A program made the translations under genes and the position numbers. Below, piece by piece: positions 37,958-47,775 of a stretch of 64,000 bases of DNA. This stretch comes from Bacteroidales bacterium (GTDB lineage Bacteria > Bacteroidota > Bacteroidia > Bacteroidales > JAAUTT01): contig JANYAP010000090.1 of the NCBI GenBank assembly GCA_025361285.1, positions 8,176-72,175 of the forward strand, read 5' to 3'. Below the pieces are notes generated by a model. The model made no database searches, was not told where the DNA came from, and saw only the letters and a list, made by a program, of their open reading frames with translations. Position 1 is the stretch's first letter. The number at the start of each line of letters is the position of its first letter.

Positions 37958-39406
37958 CTATTCTGCCGCTTCCTCTACCGTATCGCCCAAAACAAGCGTC
38001 GATTCTATATAAGGCAATTCCTGAACCTCTTTTAATCGACTCTGTATCTTACGGGTACGCGTACCAACCAGCTCGTCGATGTCTTCTCCAGCTTTCTGTA
38101 TTTTTTCCTGTGCTTTTTTCAACACATCGCCAAAGCGCGAAAACTCCGACTTAACGGCGCCTAATATTTTCCATACTTCGCTCGACCGTTTTTCGATTGC
38201 CAACGTGCGAAAACCCATTTGTAGGCTATTAAGTATGGCAGCTAGTGTGGTTGGACCAGTAACTACAATTTTATATTCGCGTTGCAGCGTTTCTAGCAAA
38301 TTGGTGCGACGCACAACTTCGGCAAACAAGCCCTCAACGGGCAAAAACATTATGCCAAAATCGGTTGTGTATGGCGGATCGATGTACTTATCGCGTATGT
38401 CCTTAGCAAACTTTTTAATACTGCTTTCTAGCGATTTGCCTATATTGGCAACTAAAGTGGCATCGCCAACATCATACGCTTCGAGCAGTGCGTGATAATC
38501 TTCGAGTGGAAACTTCGAATCGATAGGTAGATAAACCGCTCCACCGCCATCGTCCTTTCCGGGAAGCTTAATGGCGAACTCAACGTTTTCGCGAGTATCT
38601 TTTTTGGTAACAACATTGCGATCGAACTGCTCGGGACTAAGTAGCTGATCGAGAATGTTTTCGAGCTGAATTTCGCCTAACACACCGCGCGTTTTTACGT
38701 TCGATAGTACTCGTTTTAAATCGCCAACGCCAGTAGCTAGTGTTTGCATTTCGCCTAATCCTTTGTGTACCTGCTCTAAACGTTCACTTACTTGGTTAAA
38801 CGACTCGGTAAGTCGCTTTTCCAAAGTAGTTTGTAGTTTTTCATCTACGGTTGCACGCATCTCATCGAGCTTCTTAATATTCTCATCCTGAAGAGTTTTA
38901 AGTCGAAGCTCAACCGTTTCGCGTATTTTTTCGAGTTGCAGCATTAGCGAATCGAGCTTCTGGCGCTGTAACTCGTTAAAATCGCGTACGTTAACCGAAA
39001 ACTTTTCTTCGAACGATTTAAGCGATTTCGTAAGCTCTTCTCTATTAGTGCGTTCGCTGGTAGCTTGTTGTTCTGCAAAAGTCTTTAGCTGCACCCCAAA
39101 CGTCTCAAGCTGATCCTTTTGCAGGTTTCCTATATCGGTAATGCTTTTCGAAATCATGTCCGAAAACGCTTTCAATGTCGAAAGTGTTTCCTCGCGGTTA
39201 TCCTTAGCCGAGCGCAGCAATTCCTCGCGATTACGCGAAAACTCCTCGCGTATCGACGAATCAAGACGGGCTAACTGGTCGTTTATCTGGTTAAACCTAA
39301 GTTGATTATCGGATGTGGAACCAGCGTTGGAATTTCGCAGAACTACAATAAGAATTACAATTGTAACTAACAGAATTACAATTAATAGAATAGGTAATAT
39401 CGACAT
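37958..39406 (-). CDS. rmuC: DNA recombination protein RmuC
   Basis: 482 aa. N-terminal TM segment, a long coiled-coil, and the C-terminal RmuC block 'GIMFLPVEGLFAEV...YKIVVTGPTTLAAILNSLQMGF'. Confidence 0.9.
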   Translation of the reverse strand: MSILPILLIVILLVTIVILIVVLRNSNAGSTSDNQLRFNQINDQLARLDSSIREEFSRNREELLRSAKDNREETLSTLKAFSDMISKSITDIGNLQKDQLETFGVQLKTFAEQQATSERTNREELTKSLKSFEEKFSVNVRDFNELQRQKLDSLMLQLEKIRETVELRLKTLQDENIKKLDEMRATVDEKLQTTLEKRLTESFNQVSERLEQVHKGLGEMQTLATGVGDLKRVLSNVKTRGVLGEIQLENILDQLLSPEQFDRNVVTKKDTRENVEFAIKLPGKDDGGGAVYLPIDSKFPLEDYHALLEAYDVGDATLVANIGKSLESSIKKFAKDIRDKYIDPPYTTDFGIMFLPVEGLFAEVVRRTNLLETLQREYKIVVTGPTTLAAILNSLQMGFRTLAIEKRSSEVWKILGAVKSEFSRFGDVLKKAQEKIQKAGEDIDELVGTRTRKIQSRLKEVQELPYIESTLVLGDTVEEAAE

Positions 39407-39540
39407 GAGTGTTTTTTTCGCTAAAGATATATAAAAATGTGCCTGATGGCGTTATAGCAAACGCTAATATCACTCTAATTGTTGTAATGTTCAGTATAAT
39501 TATATACATTTGTTCAGTATAACGAACAGGTTTATTCATT

Positions 39541-40764
39541 ATGATATTACAAGACACTATTGCTTCGGTTATATCGAAACAAAATAAAGCATTGCCAGCT
39601 AATACAAATACAATAAACCGTAATTTAAGCAGCGAAATAAATACAGATACTAATCATGCCATTATAATCACTGGTATAAGGCGTTGCGGTAAAAGTACGC
39701 TGTTAAAACAGTTAGCAGCAAAGTATCATTTGTTTCATTTTTTGAATTTCGAAGATACACGCCTAATAGGTTTGGATAGTTCCGATTTCGGGAAACTTCA
39801 AAATGTATTTGAACTAAGTCCAATGAAATCAAATGTTTATCTTTTCGATGAAATTCAAGTAATTGATAAATGGGAAATTTATGTGAGGCAGTTACTCGAT
39901 AATAGGAGCAAAGTTTTTATTACAGGATCCAATGCGTCGTTGCTTAGTCGCGAGCTAGGTACCCGACTTACTGGTCGACATCTTAGCTACGCTCTATATC
40001 CGTTTTCGTTTAATGAGTTTATCAATTTTAGTAGTAAACTAGCAGATATTGAATCGTTTGCGGAATATTTTAATATTGGAGGTTTCCCTGAATACATTTC
40101 GCACCCCGACGAGCAACTCTTACAAAACTTAGTAAACGATGTGCTTTTGCGCGATATTGTTGTGCGGTACAACATTCGAAATTCGTCTGCTTTACAGCAA
40201 ATTACATTGTATTTACTGTCGAATGTAGGTAAGGTATTTTCGTACACTGGTTTATGCAAGACATTTGAACAAACTTCAATAAACACTTTGATTTCGTTTA
40301 TAAAATATCTCGAAGATTGCTACATGATTTTTACCTTGCCTAAATTCGATTATTCGCTTAAAAAACAATCTGTTAATCCTAAAAAAATATATTGTGTCGA
40401 TCAAGGACTTATCCGTGCAAATAGCTTATCATTTTCGCCCGACGATGGTCGAATTCTCGAAAACGTAGTATATATTCATTTGCGGCGGTGCAAGTTGGTT
40501 ATATATTACTTTAGGCAATTGGGTGATTGTGATTTTGTTGCAGGTAAAAGAAACCAAATTACCATCGCAATTCAGGTTTGTTATCAAATTAACGATGATA
40601 ATAAAACCCGTGAGGTTAAAGGCTTAATTGAGGCTGCTAAATTCTTTAAACTAACAGAAGGACTTATACTTACATATAATCAAACCGATAGTTTCGATAT
40701 TGACGGTGTAAAAGTTAAGGTGCAACCAGTTTGGGAATGGATGTTAAGTTATCAGGCAAGTTAA
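39541..40764 (+). CDS. AAA+ ATPase with a DUF4143-type (PD-(D/E)xK-like) C-terminal domain (COG1373-like)
   Basis: 407 aa. Walker A 'GIRRCGKST', Walker B 'VYLFDEIQ', and the C-terminal 'DCDFVAGKRNQITIAIQVCY'. Confidence 0.8.
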   Translation: MILQDTIASVISKQNKALPANTNTINRNLSSEINTDTNHAIIITGIRRCGKSTLLKQLAAKYHLFHFLNFEDTRLIGLDSSDFGKLQNVFELSPMKSNVYLFDEIQVIDKWEIYVRQLLDNRSKVFITGSNASLLSRELGTRLTGRHLSYALYPFSFNEFINFSSKLADIESFAEYFNIGGFPEYISHPDEQLLQNLVNDVLLRDIVVRYNIRNSSALQQITLYLLSNVGKVFSYTGLCKTFEQTSINTLISFIKYLEDCYMIFTLPKFDYSLKKQSVNPKKIYCVDQGLIRANSLSFSPDDGRILENVVYIHLRRCKLVIYYFRQLGDCDFVAGKRNQITIAIQVCYQINDDNKTREVKGLIEAAKFFKLTEGLILTYNQTDSFDIDGVKVKVQPVWEWMLSYQAS

Positions 40765-40855
40765 TAGAATTAACATAATAATTCTACTTTTGTGAAGTTA
40801 TCAGATTAATAAATAATATAATTGATTCAATTACAATCAAATAAATCAAGCGTCC

Positions 40856-41617
40856 ATGTTTTTTCTACTTTCAAAACTACTCTCGTTTATACTTGCACCA
40901 TATTTTTGGTTTATTACGCTGTTATTCATTGCATTATTTACAAAAAAAGCGAATAAAAAACGTAATTACATTATGGTTGCTATTGCAGTATTGTTTATTT
41001 TTTCGAATACCTTTTTAAGCAACGAAATTAACAACTTATGGGAAGCTAAACCACTAAAAACAAGCAATATAGGGCATTTCGATTATGCCATAGTTTTGGG
41101 TGGTTTTTCGTCGTACGATACCACTTACTCAAAAGTTAAGTTTCTCGATGCTAGCGATAGGCTATGGCAAGCGTTGCAGCTATATCATCTTAAAAAAGTG
41201 AATAAACTTATGATATCTGGAGGATCGGGTAAATTACTTCATCAGGATGAAAGTGAGGCAGATAAGGTTAAGGCATTTTTAATATCGCTAAATGTACCTG
41301 AAAAAGATATTATTATGGAGATAACATCGCGAAACACTCACGAAAATGCCGTAAATACTGCTTCGTGGCTAAAAAAGCATCACCCAAACGCACAATGTTT
41401 GTTGGTAACTTCCGCAGGCCACATGAGGCGTGCTTTGGGCTGTTTCAAAAAAGCAAATGTTAACGTAACGTCTTTTTCAACAAACTATTATGCCGAACCG
41501 CGGTCGTTGGAGTTCGATAAATTAATTTTACCCTCTGCCGATGTTATTGCGGGCTGGCAAGCAACAATTAAGGAAATGGTTGGATTTGTTACTTATAAGA
41601 TAATGAGGTATTGTTGA
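40856..41617 (+). CDS. YdcF/ElyC-family (DUF218) membrane protein
   Basis: 253 aa with N-terminal TM helices. 'AIVLGGF' and 'LMISGGSG' are DUF218-type blocks. Confidence 0.8.
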   Translation: MFFLLSKLLSFILAPYFWFITLLFIALFTKKANKKRNYIMVAIAVLFIFSNTFLSNEINNLWEAKPLKTSNIGHFDYAIVLGGFSSYDTTYSKVKFLDASDRLWQALQLYHLKKVNKLMISGGSGKLLHQDESEADKVKAFLISLNVPEKDIIMEITSRNTHENAVNTASWLKKHHPNAQCLLVTSAGHMRRALGCFKKANVNVTSFSTNYYAEPRSLEFDKLILPSADVIAGWQATIKEMVGFVTYKIMRYC

Positions 41618-41623
41618 TTATAT

Positions 41624-41650
41624 AGAACCAAGAGCCAAGAACCAAGAATC
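41624..41650. repeat. Octamer array agaaccaagagccaagaaccaagaatc, 6 nt after the ydcF stop
   Basis: It uses the same word as the proC-flanking arrays. Confidence 0.85.
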
Positions 41651-41843
41651 TGCGGAGAGAGCTTCACCGTTCGTAAATATTATTGTCGAAACAATAAGGT
41701 ATAAGGTTGGTTGTATGGGTGTCATATTTTTCTATTAAGGTTAAAAAAGTATAGTTAAAAACCTTATTTTAAATTTGTTAACCATAGTACAACAATACAC
41801 CGAGATTTCTAAAAACCCTATTAACCTTGTTTTTATGGCGGAC

Positions 41844-41959
41844 ATCCGACTTCCGACTTCCGACTTCTGTCTTCCGACTTCTGTCTTCTGACTTCCGTCT
41901 TCCGACTTCCGACTTCCGTCTTCCGACTTCGGACTTCCGTCTTCCGACTTCAGTCTTCA
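41844..41959. repeat. About 15-unit octamer array (tccgactt / ccgtcttc / ctgtcttc variants) abutting the ygiQ TGA stop
   Basis: Read directly from the sequence. It is the same word family as 20283-20330 and has the same orientation relative to the adjacent minus-strand gene. Confidence 0.9.
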
Positions 41960-43813
41960 GTCTTTCTTCCTTTTAAACAACTTTTCTATTAAGTCGGGGC
42001 GATTAATCTTAAACAACTCATTCTTAATTTGTTGCTGGTTTTCGGGCTTATAGTAGAAGAAAAATCGCTGTTGAGCTTTCTTTTCATCGGGATGGCGTGC
42101 GGTAAAAACTGGTTTCATGGAGTATGGATCTACACCCGAATAGTAAATAGCAGTAGATAAAGTCATTGGAGTTGGGGTAAAATCCTGTACCTGCTCTGGA
42201 AAAAATCCCATCTGTTTCAATTCGGCAGCCATTTCGGCCATATCGCTAGCTTTCGATGCCGGATGACTTGAAATAAGATACGGAATAATTTGCTGCTTAA
42301 TGCCCGCCACACGGCATATATTTTCGAAATTGATTTTTAGCTTCTGAAACATCTCAAACGATGGTTTACGCATACTTTTCAGAACGTGCGGTGCATTATG
42401 TTCGGGAGCCACCTTTAATCGACCCGAAACATGCTTTAACACTAACTCTTTCAAGTAAATACGAGCTTGTTTTTGCATTTCAACATCAGTTAAACCGTAA
42501 AACAAATCGTAACGAACACCACTACCAATAAATACCCTTTTAATACCGTTAACTGCCGACACTTTGCCATAAAGTTCGGTGAGCGATTTGTGCGAAGCAT
42601 TCAAGTTTTTACACACCGAAGGGTAAATGCACGAGGCTCTACGGCATTTTGCGCAGATAGTTAATTCCTTACCTCGCATGCGGTACATATTTGCCGACGG
42701 ACCACCCAAATCGGAAAGGTTTCCGCGAAAACCAGGCGTTTCTGTTACTTTTTTTACTTCGTCTAAAATCGATTTTTCGGAACGGCTTAGAATATGCTTT
42801 CCCTGATGTGCCGAAATGGTGCAAAAGCTGCAGCCACCAAAGCATCCACGGTGTATGTTCACCGAGTCGCGTATCATGAGGTAGGCCGGTATTGGTTCCT
42901 TGTCGTTATAACGAGGATGCGGCATTCGTGTAAAAGGTAAGCTATAAGGCTCATCTATTTCGTGTTGCGTGTAATCGATGTACGGCGGATTAACCACAAC
43001 TAACTTATTACCAAACGTTTCTAATAAACGAGCGGCATCGTCGCGGTTCGATTCTTCTTCGGTAATTTTGAAGTTTCGCGCATAATTGAGCTTATCTTTT
43101 TTACAATCGTCGAACGACAATAATGTTGTAGTACGTTTATACTTAAAGTCTTCTAGTTTTTCGGTTTTTTTTATCACAAAAGCCGTTTGCGGGATGTTGC
43201 GAAGCGATGATATTGTTTCTCCATTTTTAAGTTGCTGTACAATAGCACTTATAGGCTTTTCGCCCATTCCGTAAACCAGCAAGTCGGCACCGCTATCAAT
43301 TAGAATAGAGGGTTTTAGCGTATCGCTCCAATAATCGTAATGTGTTAGCCTACGCAGCGATGCCTCAATACCGCCAAGAACAACGGGCGTTTGTGGAAAT
43401 AGATTTTTTAATATTTGAGTGTAAACAGTTGCGGCATAATCGGGGCGTGCACCTGCCTTGCCACCTGGCGTGAAAGCATCTTCCGAACGTAGCCGGCGAT
43501 TAACGGTGTAATGGTTAATCATCGAGTCCATATTTCCAGCCGAAACGGCAAAGAATAACCGAGGTGTGCCAAGTTTTTTAAAATCGCGTAAATCGTCGCG
43601 CCAATTGGGCTGAGGCACAACGGCAACCTTTAAGCCTAAATGCTCAAGCCAACGCCCTATTACAGCAAGTCCAAACGATGGATGATCGACGTATGCATCT
43701 CCCGAAAATATGATTACATCGACCTCGCTCCATCCCAACAGTTTAATTTCTTTAGAAGAAGTGGGCAGCCAATTGTTATTATGATGCTTTTGCATAGAAA
43801 TATTCTCAGCCAC
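41957..43813 (-). CDS. ygiQ: YgiQ-family (UPF0313) radical SAM protein
   Basis: 618 aa. 'HRGCFGGCSFCTISAHQGK' cluster motif with N- and C-terminal YgiQ-type extensions. Confidence 0.88.
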   Translation of the reverse strand: MAENISMQKHHNNNWLPTSSKEIKLLGWSEVDVIIFSGDAYVDHPSFGLAVIGRWLEHLGLKVAVVPQPNWRDDLRDFKKLGTPRLFFAVSAGNMDSMINHYTVNRRLRSEDAFTPGGKAGARPDYAATVYTQILKNLFPQTPVVLGGIEASLRRLTHYDYWSDTLKPSILIDSGADLLVYGMGEKPISAIVQQLKNGETISSLRNIPQTAFVIKKTEKLEDFKYKRTTTLLSFDDCKKDKLNYARNFKITEEESNRDDAARLLETFGNKLVVVNPPYIDYTQHEIDEPYSLPFTRMPHPRYNDKEPIPAYLMIRDSVNIHRGCFGGCSFCTISAHQGKHILSRSEKSILDEVKKVTETPGFRGNLSDLGGPSANMYRMRGKELTICAKCRRASCIYPSVCKNLNASHKSLTELYGKVSAVNGIKRVFIGSGVRYDLFYGLTDVEMQKQARIYLKELVLKHVSGRLKVAPEHNAPHVLKSMRKPSFEMFQKLKINFENICRVAGIKQQIIPYLISSHPASKASDMAEMAAELKQMGFFPEQVQDFTPTPMTLSTAIYYSGVDPYSMKPVFTARHPDEKKAQQRFFFYYKPENQQQIKNELFKINRPDLIEKLFKRKKD

Positions 43814-43927
43814 AAAAGTAATGTAATTTAAGTAAATAGGAGTAATGGAGTATAGTTGAGTTGCCGCGAATTATGAATTCTTCATCCTCCCTTCTAAAAA
43901 ATTACTTATCATTGTAAAAAACTTTGC

Positions 43928-44623
43928 ATGAAAGCACATTGCTTACAACATGTACCTTTCGAGGGTATGGCTGCAATTGAATTGTGGTTAATTAAGCAGA
44001 AATTCGAAATTTCGTACACCAAATTTTACGAGAATGCAAAACTACCATCGTTGCACGATATTGATTGGGTTGTTATAATGGGTGGGCCAATGAACGTTAA
44101 CGACGAAAGACAGTTTACTTGGCTTAATTCCGAAAAAATATTTATTCGTCAATGTGTTGAAAAGGGGAAAGTTGTTATTGGCATTTGCCTTGGAGCTCAA
44201 CTAATTGCTAATGTTTTAGGAGCAAAAGTTTACCGAAACTCACAAAAGGAAATTGGTTGGTTTACTATTAGTAAAGCACCTTTGCTTAAAAACGGCAACC
44301 TTTTTGCCGAATTACCAAACCACACAGTGGCATTTCATTGGCATGGCGAAACATTCGATTTACCATCAGGCGCCGACCTTATTGCGAGCTCCGAGGCATG
44401 CAAAAATCAAATTTTTACCATTGGCTCGAAGGTAATTGGTTTTCAGTGTCATTTGGAAGTTACCACAAAATCGGTGGCTACAATGCTCGAAAACTGCAAA
44501 TCGGAACTTAAGCATTCTCCATATATCCAAAACGAGCTGGATATTATTGATGGAGCTAAACAAAATTGTGCTAAAATGAACAAAATATTATATACTATGC
44601 TCAATCGGTTATTAATTGTTTAA
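43928..44623 (+). CDS. Class I glutamine amidotransferase-like protein
   Basis: 231 aa. 'GICLGAQLIA' nucleophile elbow and 'FQCHLE'. Confidence 0.8.
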   Translation: MKAHCLQHVPFEGMAAIELWLIKQKFEISYTKFYENAKLPSLHDIDWVVIMGGPMNVNDERQFTWLNSEKIFIRQCVEKGKVVIGICLGAQLIANVLGAKVYRNSQKEIGWFTISKAPLLKNGNLFAELPNHTVAFHWHGETFDLPSGADLIASSEACKNQIFTIGSKVIGFQCHLEVTTKSVATMLENCKSELKHSPYIQNELDIIDGAKQNCAKMNKILYTMLNRLLIV

Positions 44624-44640
44624 TAGTACGTTGTATTATA

Positions 44641-44783
44641 AATAGTTCGGTGCAAGTTTGCAACTTGCTTATAATAAAAAAGTTGAAATACATAGAAAAA
44701 AGTTGAAATATTTTATATTTCTATGTATTTCCACGTATTACAAATACGTGGAAATTTAAAAATTAGAAGTTTACCGAACTATT
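44641..44783 (+). mobile_element. MITE-like family A, reference copy (143 bp)
   Basis: Perfect 11-bp terminal inverted repeats 'aatagttcggt'/'accgaactatt'. Nested hairpins are 'gcaagtt-tgc-aacttgc', 'gaaatacatagaaa...tttctatgtatttc' and 'ccacgtatt-aca-aatacgtgg'. Confidence 0.8.
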
Positions 44784-44819
44784 GATTATAGCATTGCTTT
44801 AATTAAACATCTAATCTTC

Positions 44820-45983
44820 ATGAAGTTATTAAGTTTTATAGCCGTAGTTTTAGTTATTTTTGTAGTATATTGTGGAGCAAACTATTTCGTATTTATACGA
44901 GGATTACAATCAATACCACAAATTGCATGGTTTCGTTATAGTTACATAACTGTTTTCATATTTCTGTCGAGTAGTTACCTTATCAGTAAAGCCTTAGAAC
45001 ATACATCCTTCATTGGTTTTCATCATTTATTCTATTGGGTTGGATCGTTTTGGTTTGCAGCGCTTCTGTATTTTTTAATGAGCGTTATTATTGTCGATTC
45101 GTTGAAAATAAGCAACTTGGCATTCAATTTCCTTCCTGCAAAAGATAGCTTACCTTACCTGCAACTTAAAATATATTCATTCGCTGGAATTGTTATAATT
45201 GTTTCATTAATACTGACTTATGGTTATTGGAACGCAAGGCATCCAAGGGTTAAACGCTTGGAAATTAGTGTTGAAAAGAATATGGGTACACGTAAAAGTC
45301 TTACAATTGCAATGGTTTCCGATATACATTTGGGAACGTTGCTTGGTAAACAACGTGTTAACGAAATGGTTGAACAAATAAACGTCTTAAAGCCCGATAT
45401 TGTTTTATTTGCCGGCGATATTCTCGACGAAGTTCAAACGCCTATTTTTCGAAACAATGTAGGCGAACCTCTAAAAAACCTCATTGCGCCATTGGGAGTT
45501 TATGGCATTACTGGCAACCACGAGTATATTGGTGGTATTAACCAATCGGTAAATTATCTGGAATCGCTAAATATTAAATTGGTGCGCGACACGGTTTTAC
45601 TTGTCGATAACTGCTTTTATCTGGCAGGGCGCAACGATAAGGATCAAATACGATTTACCCGAAAACCTCGTAAACCACTTAACGAAATTCTTGCAGGAAT
45701 AAATAGCCAATTACCTATTATTTTGCTCGATCATCAACCATATAAACTTACCGAAGCAGAAGAAAACGGCGTTGATCTTCAACTTTCGGGGCACACTCAT
45801 CATGGGCAGTTTTGGCCTATTAAACTAATAACACTTAAAATATTTGAAGTAAGCTGGGGTTATATTCGTAAAAGTAATACAAATATTTATGTATCATGTG
45901 GTTACGGATATTGGGGGCCACCCATTCGCATTGGAAATACACCCGAAATTGTGCTTATTACACTGTTGCCTACAAAGATGTAG
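44820..45983 (+). CDS. Membrane-anchored metallophosphoesterase
   Basis: 387 aa with N-terminal TM helices, then the 'SDIHLG', 'GDILD', 'GNHE' and 'GHTHHGQ' motifs. Confidence 0.88.
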   Translation: MKLLSFIAVVLVIFVVYCGANYFVFIRGLQSIPQIAWFRYSYITVFIFLSSSYLISKALEHTSFIGFHHLFYWVGSFWFAALLYFLMSVIIVDSLKISNLAFNFLPAKDSLPYLQLKIYSFAGIVIIVSLILTYGYWNARHPRVKRLEISVEKNMGTRKSLTIAMVSDIHLGTLLGKQRVNEMVEQINVLKPDIVLFAGDILDEVQTPIFRNNVGEPLKNLIAPLGVYGITGNHEYIGGINQSVNYLESLNIKLVRDTVLLVDNCFYLAGRNDKDQIRFTRKPRKPLNEILAGINSQLPIILLDHQPYKLTEAEENGVDLQLSGHTHHGQFWPIKLITLKIFEVSWGYIRKSNTNIYVSCGYGYWGPPIRIGNTPEIVLITLLPTKM

Positions 45984-46027
45984 AGCTACTTTGCAACGAA
46001 TAAAACTTGCATTTATGTATTGTATTC

Positions 46028-46438
46028 TTACATAAATGAAAACATATCGTGCACTCTACCAACAAGTTCTTTAGGTTCGAAGGGTTTAATAATAAAATCG
46101 ACTATCCCCATAGCTTTAAAACTATTGATAATCATATCGCTATTAACCGATGTAACAAAAATGATAGGAATTTGCCCGTAGCGCGGGTCGGAGTTAACTT
46201 TGCGAACAAATACCCTGCCGTTCATATTTGGCATTTCCATATCGGTTAAAATAAGGTCGGGACGGTTGCCCTGTACCAGATAATCAAGTGCTTGCTGTCC
46301 ATCACTTTTGGTTACAATATTGTATTCGCTCTCCAAAAGTGCCTTAATGTGTTCAAGCATTGTATCGCTATCGTCAACCACTAATATGGTTTTTTGGTTT
46401 TTAGGTTTATTATCGGAGGCAGTATTAGTGTTTTCCAT
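46028..46438 (-). CDS. Single-domain CheY-like response regulator
   Basis: 136 aa. 'ILVVDDS', 'LILTDMEMPNMNG' and 'IIKPF'. Confidence 0.88.
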   Translation of the reverse strand: MENTNTASDNKPKNQKTILVVDDSDTMLEHIKALLESEYNIVTKSDGQQALDYLVQGNRPDLILTDMEMPNMNGRVFVRKVNSDPRYGQIPIIFVTSVNSDMIINSFKAMGIVDFIIKPFEPKELVGRVHDMFSFM

Positions 46439-46500
46439 AATTTTAAAATGACAATTTCAATTTATATATGGTATAAATTTGACTATAATGTATAGGTATT

Positions 46501-46914
46501 CTACTCTGCATTAGTAACATTAAGAACTTCTTTAACCTTTGCCAGTAAATCGTCGTTTACAAAAGGCTTAACAATATAATCTAAAACGCCCATAGCTTTA
46601 AAACTGTTTTTAAGCATAATGCTTTCCACCGTTGTAACAAAAATAATAGGAATTTTGCCATACCTAGGGTTCGAATATATTCGGCGAGCAAAGGTTCGTC
46701 CGTTCATGTTTGGCATAAGCATATCGAGCAGTATAAGATCTGGGCGATTTCCTTCGTTTAAATATTCCAAAGCTTCCTGTCCGTCGTTTTTTGCAACAAT
46801 AATAAAATCTTTCTCTAGTATCGATTGCATAAGAAACCGCATCATTTCGTGATCGTCGACCACCAAAACGGTTTTCTTAGCAATTCCATTTTCATCGGTT
46901 GTGCTTGTATTCAT
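46501..46914 (-). CDS. Single-domain CheY-like response regulator (tandem paralogue of 46028..46438)
   Basis: 137 aa. It is colinear with its neighbour ('GNRPDLIL.DM.MPNMNGR.F.R...S.PRYG.IPIIFVT'). Confidence 0.88.
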   Translation of the reverse strand: MNTSTTDENGIAKKTVLVVDDHEMMRFLMQSILEKDFIIVAKNDGQEALEYLNEGNRPDLILLDMLMPNMNGRTFARRIYSNPRYGKIPIIFVTTVESIMLKNSFKAMGVLDYIVKPFVNDDLLAKVKEVLNVTNAE

Positions 46915-47047
46915 AATGAAGAATCCTTTTCTTATAAAGTTAAAGAATTATGTTGTAATTACCAAGTTATGTAATTTAAATTTTGCTAAAAGCGAAAAAA
47001 TTAAAAAAAACAACATAATTACTTTAAAGCCAGGTAATTATCAATAA

Positions 47048-47680
47048 TTACGATTGGGCTGGTATCCATTTCGGATGTTTTTTTATAAAATTATGAAAAA
47101 CTTTTCGTTTTTCAATCAGTAAGGCTTTAATTTTTTTTGGTATAGTATGTTTGCGCATATACTTAAACGTGTTTTTATTGTTAAGTTTAACGTCCACAGT
47201 ATTTTTATACCATTCGTGCCATTGGCCATTGGTTCCAATCCAATCTACAATTTCCTTGTCGGATGTATTATTAACCGTGTTATGCCAAAAATGTTGTACG
47301 GCTTTTACTAGCTTTTTGTCGTTAGCAATTTCGTTATGGAACGGACATTCCTTCTGTATCAGAAACTTATCAATTTCCTGCTCGCCAAGCCCTTCTTTTA
47401 ATTTTGGGTAGAACGGGTATGTTAAGCAGTCGGTTGGTCGTATATCGATTGACAGTTTGCAACCATCACCTTTCGAAAACAAACATAATTCGTTAATTGC
47501 TATATCTTTACAATTGCCACGCTCGTCAGATACGTTTCCTATCTCAAAGTTTTTGTGAGTGCGCGACAATTTTTCCATTTCCCACCCAAAAACTGTAAAA
47601 ACACCACGTTTGCAGCACTGTCCGTTGCATTGCGAACAATATTTTGCAAACCGTTTAACTATTGCTTCTTTTTCTTTCAT
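47048..47680 (-). CDS. YkgJ-family Cys-cluster (CxxCxxCC) zinc/iron-binding protein
   Basis: 210 aa. 'YCSQCNGQCCKRG' near the N-terminus and further Cys residues ('DCLTYPFYP'). Confidence 0.65.
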   Translation of the reverse strand: MKEKEAIVKRFAKYCSQCNGQCCKRGVFTVFGWEMEKLSRTHKNFEIGNVSDERGNCKDIAINELCLFSKGDGCKLSIDIRPTDCLTYPFYPKLKEGLGEQEIDKFLIQKECPFHNEIANDKKLVKAVQHFWHNTVNNTSDKEIVDWIGTNGQWHEWYKNTVDVKLNNKNTFKYMRKHTIPKKIKALLIEKRKVFHNFIKKHPKWIPAQS

Positions 47681-47775
47681 ATTGTTCTTTTTTTTGACTT
47701 TAAAAACTACTAATTTAATATTTGAAGTCTTTTTAAGGCAACCTATTACTTAGATTGGCTTCGCGCCATTTATCA

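Noticed and set aside
37958-40764. RmuC plus AAA+ ATPase as a two-gene defence system
   Set aside because: RmuC is full-length and canonical (TM segment, coiled-coil, RmuC domain). The two genes are divergently transcribed and nothing links them beyond adjacency.
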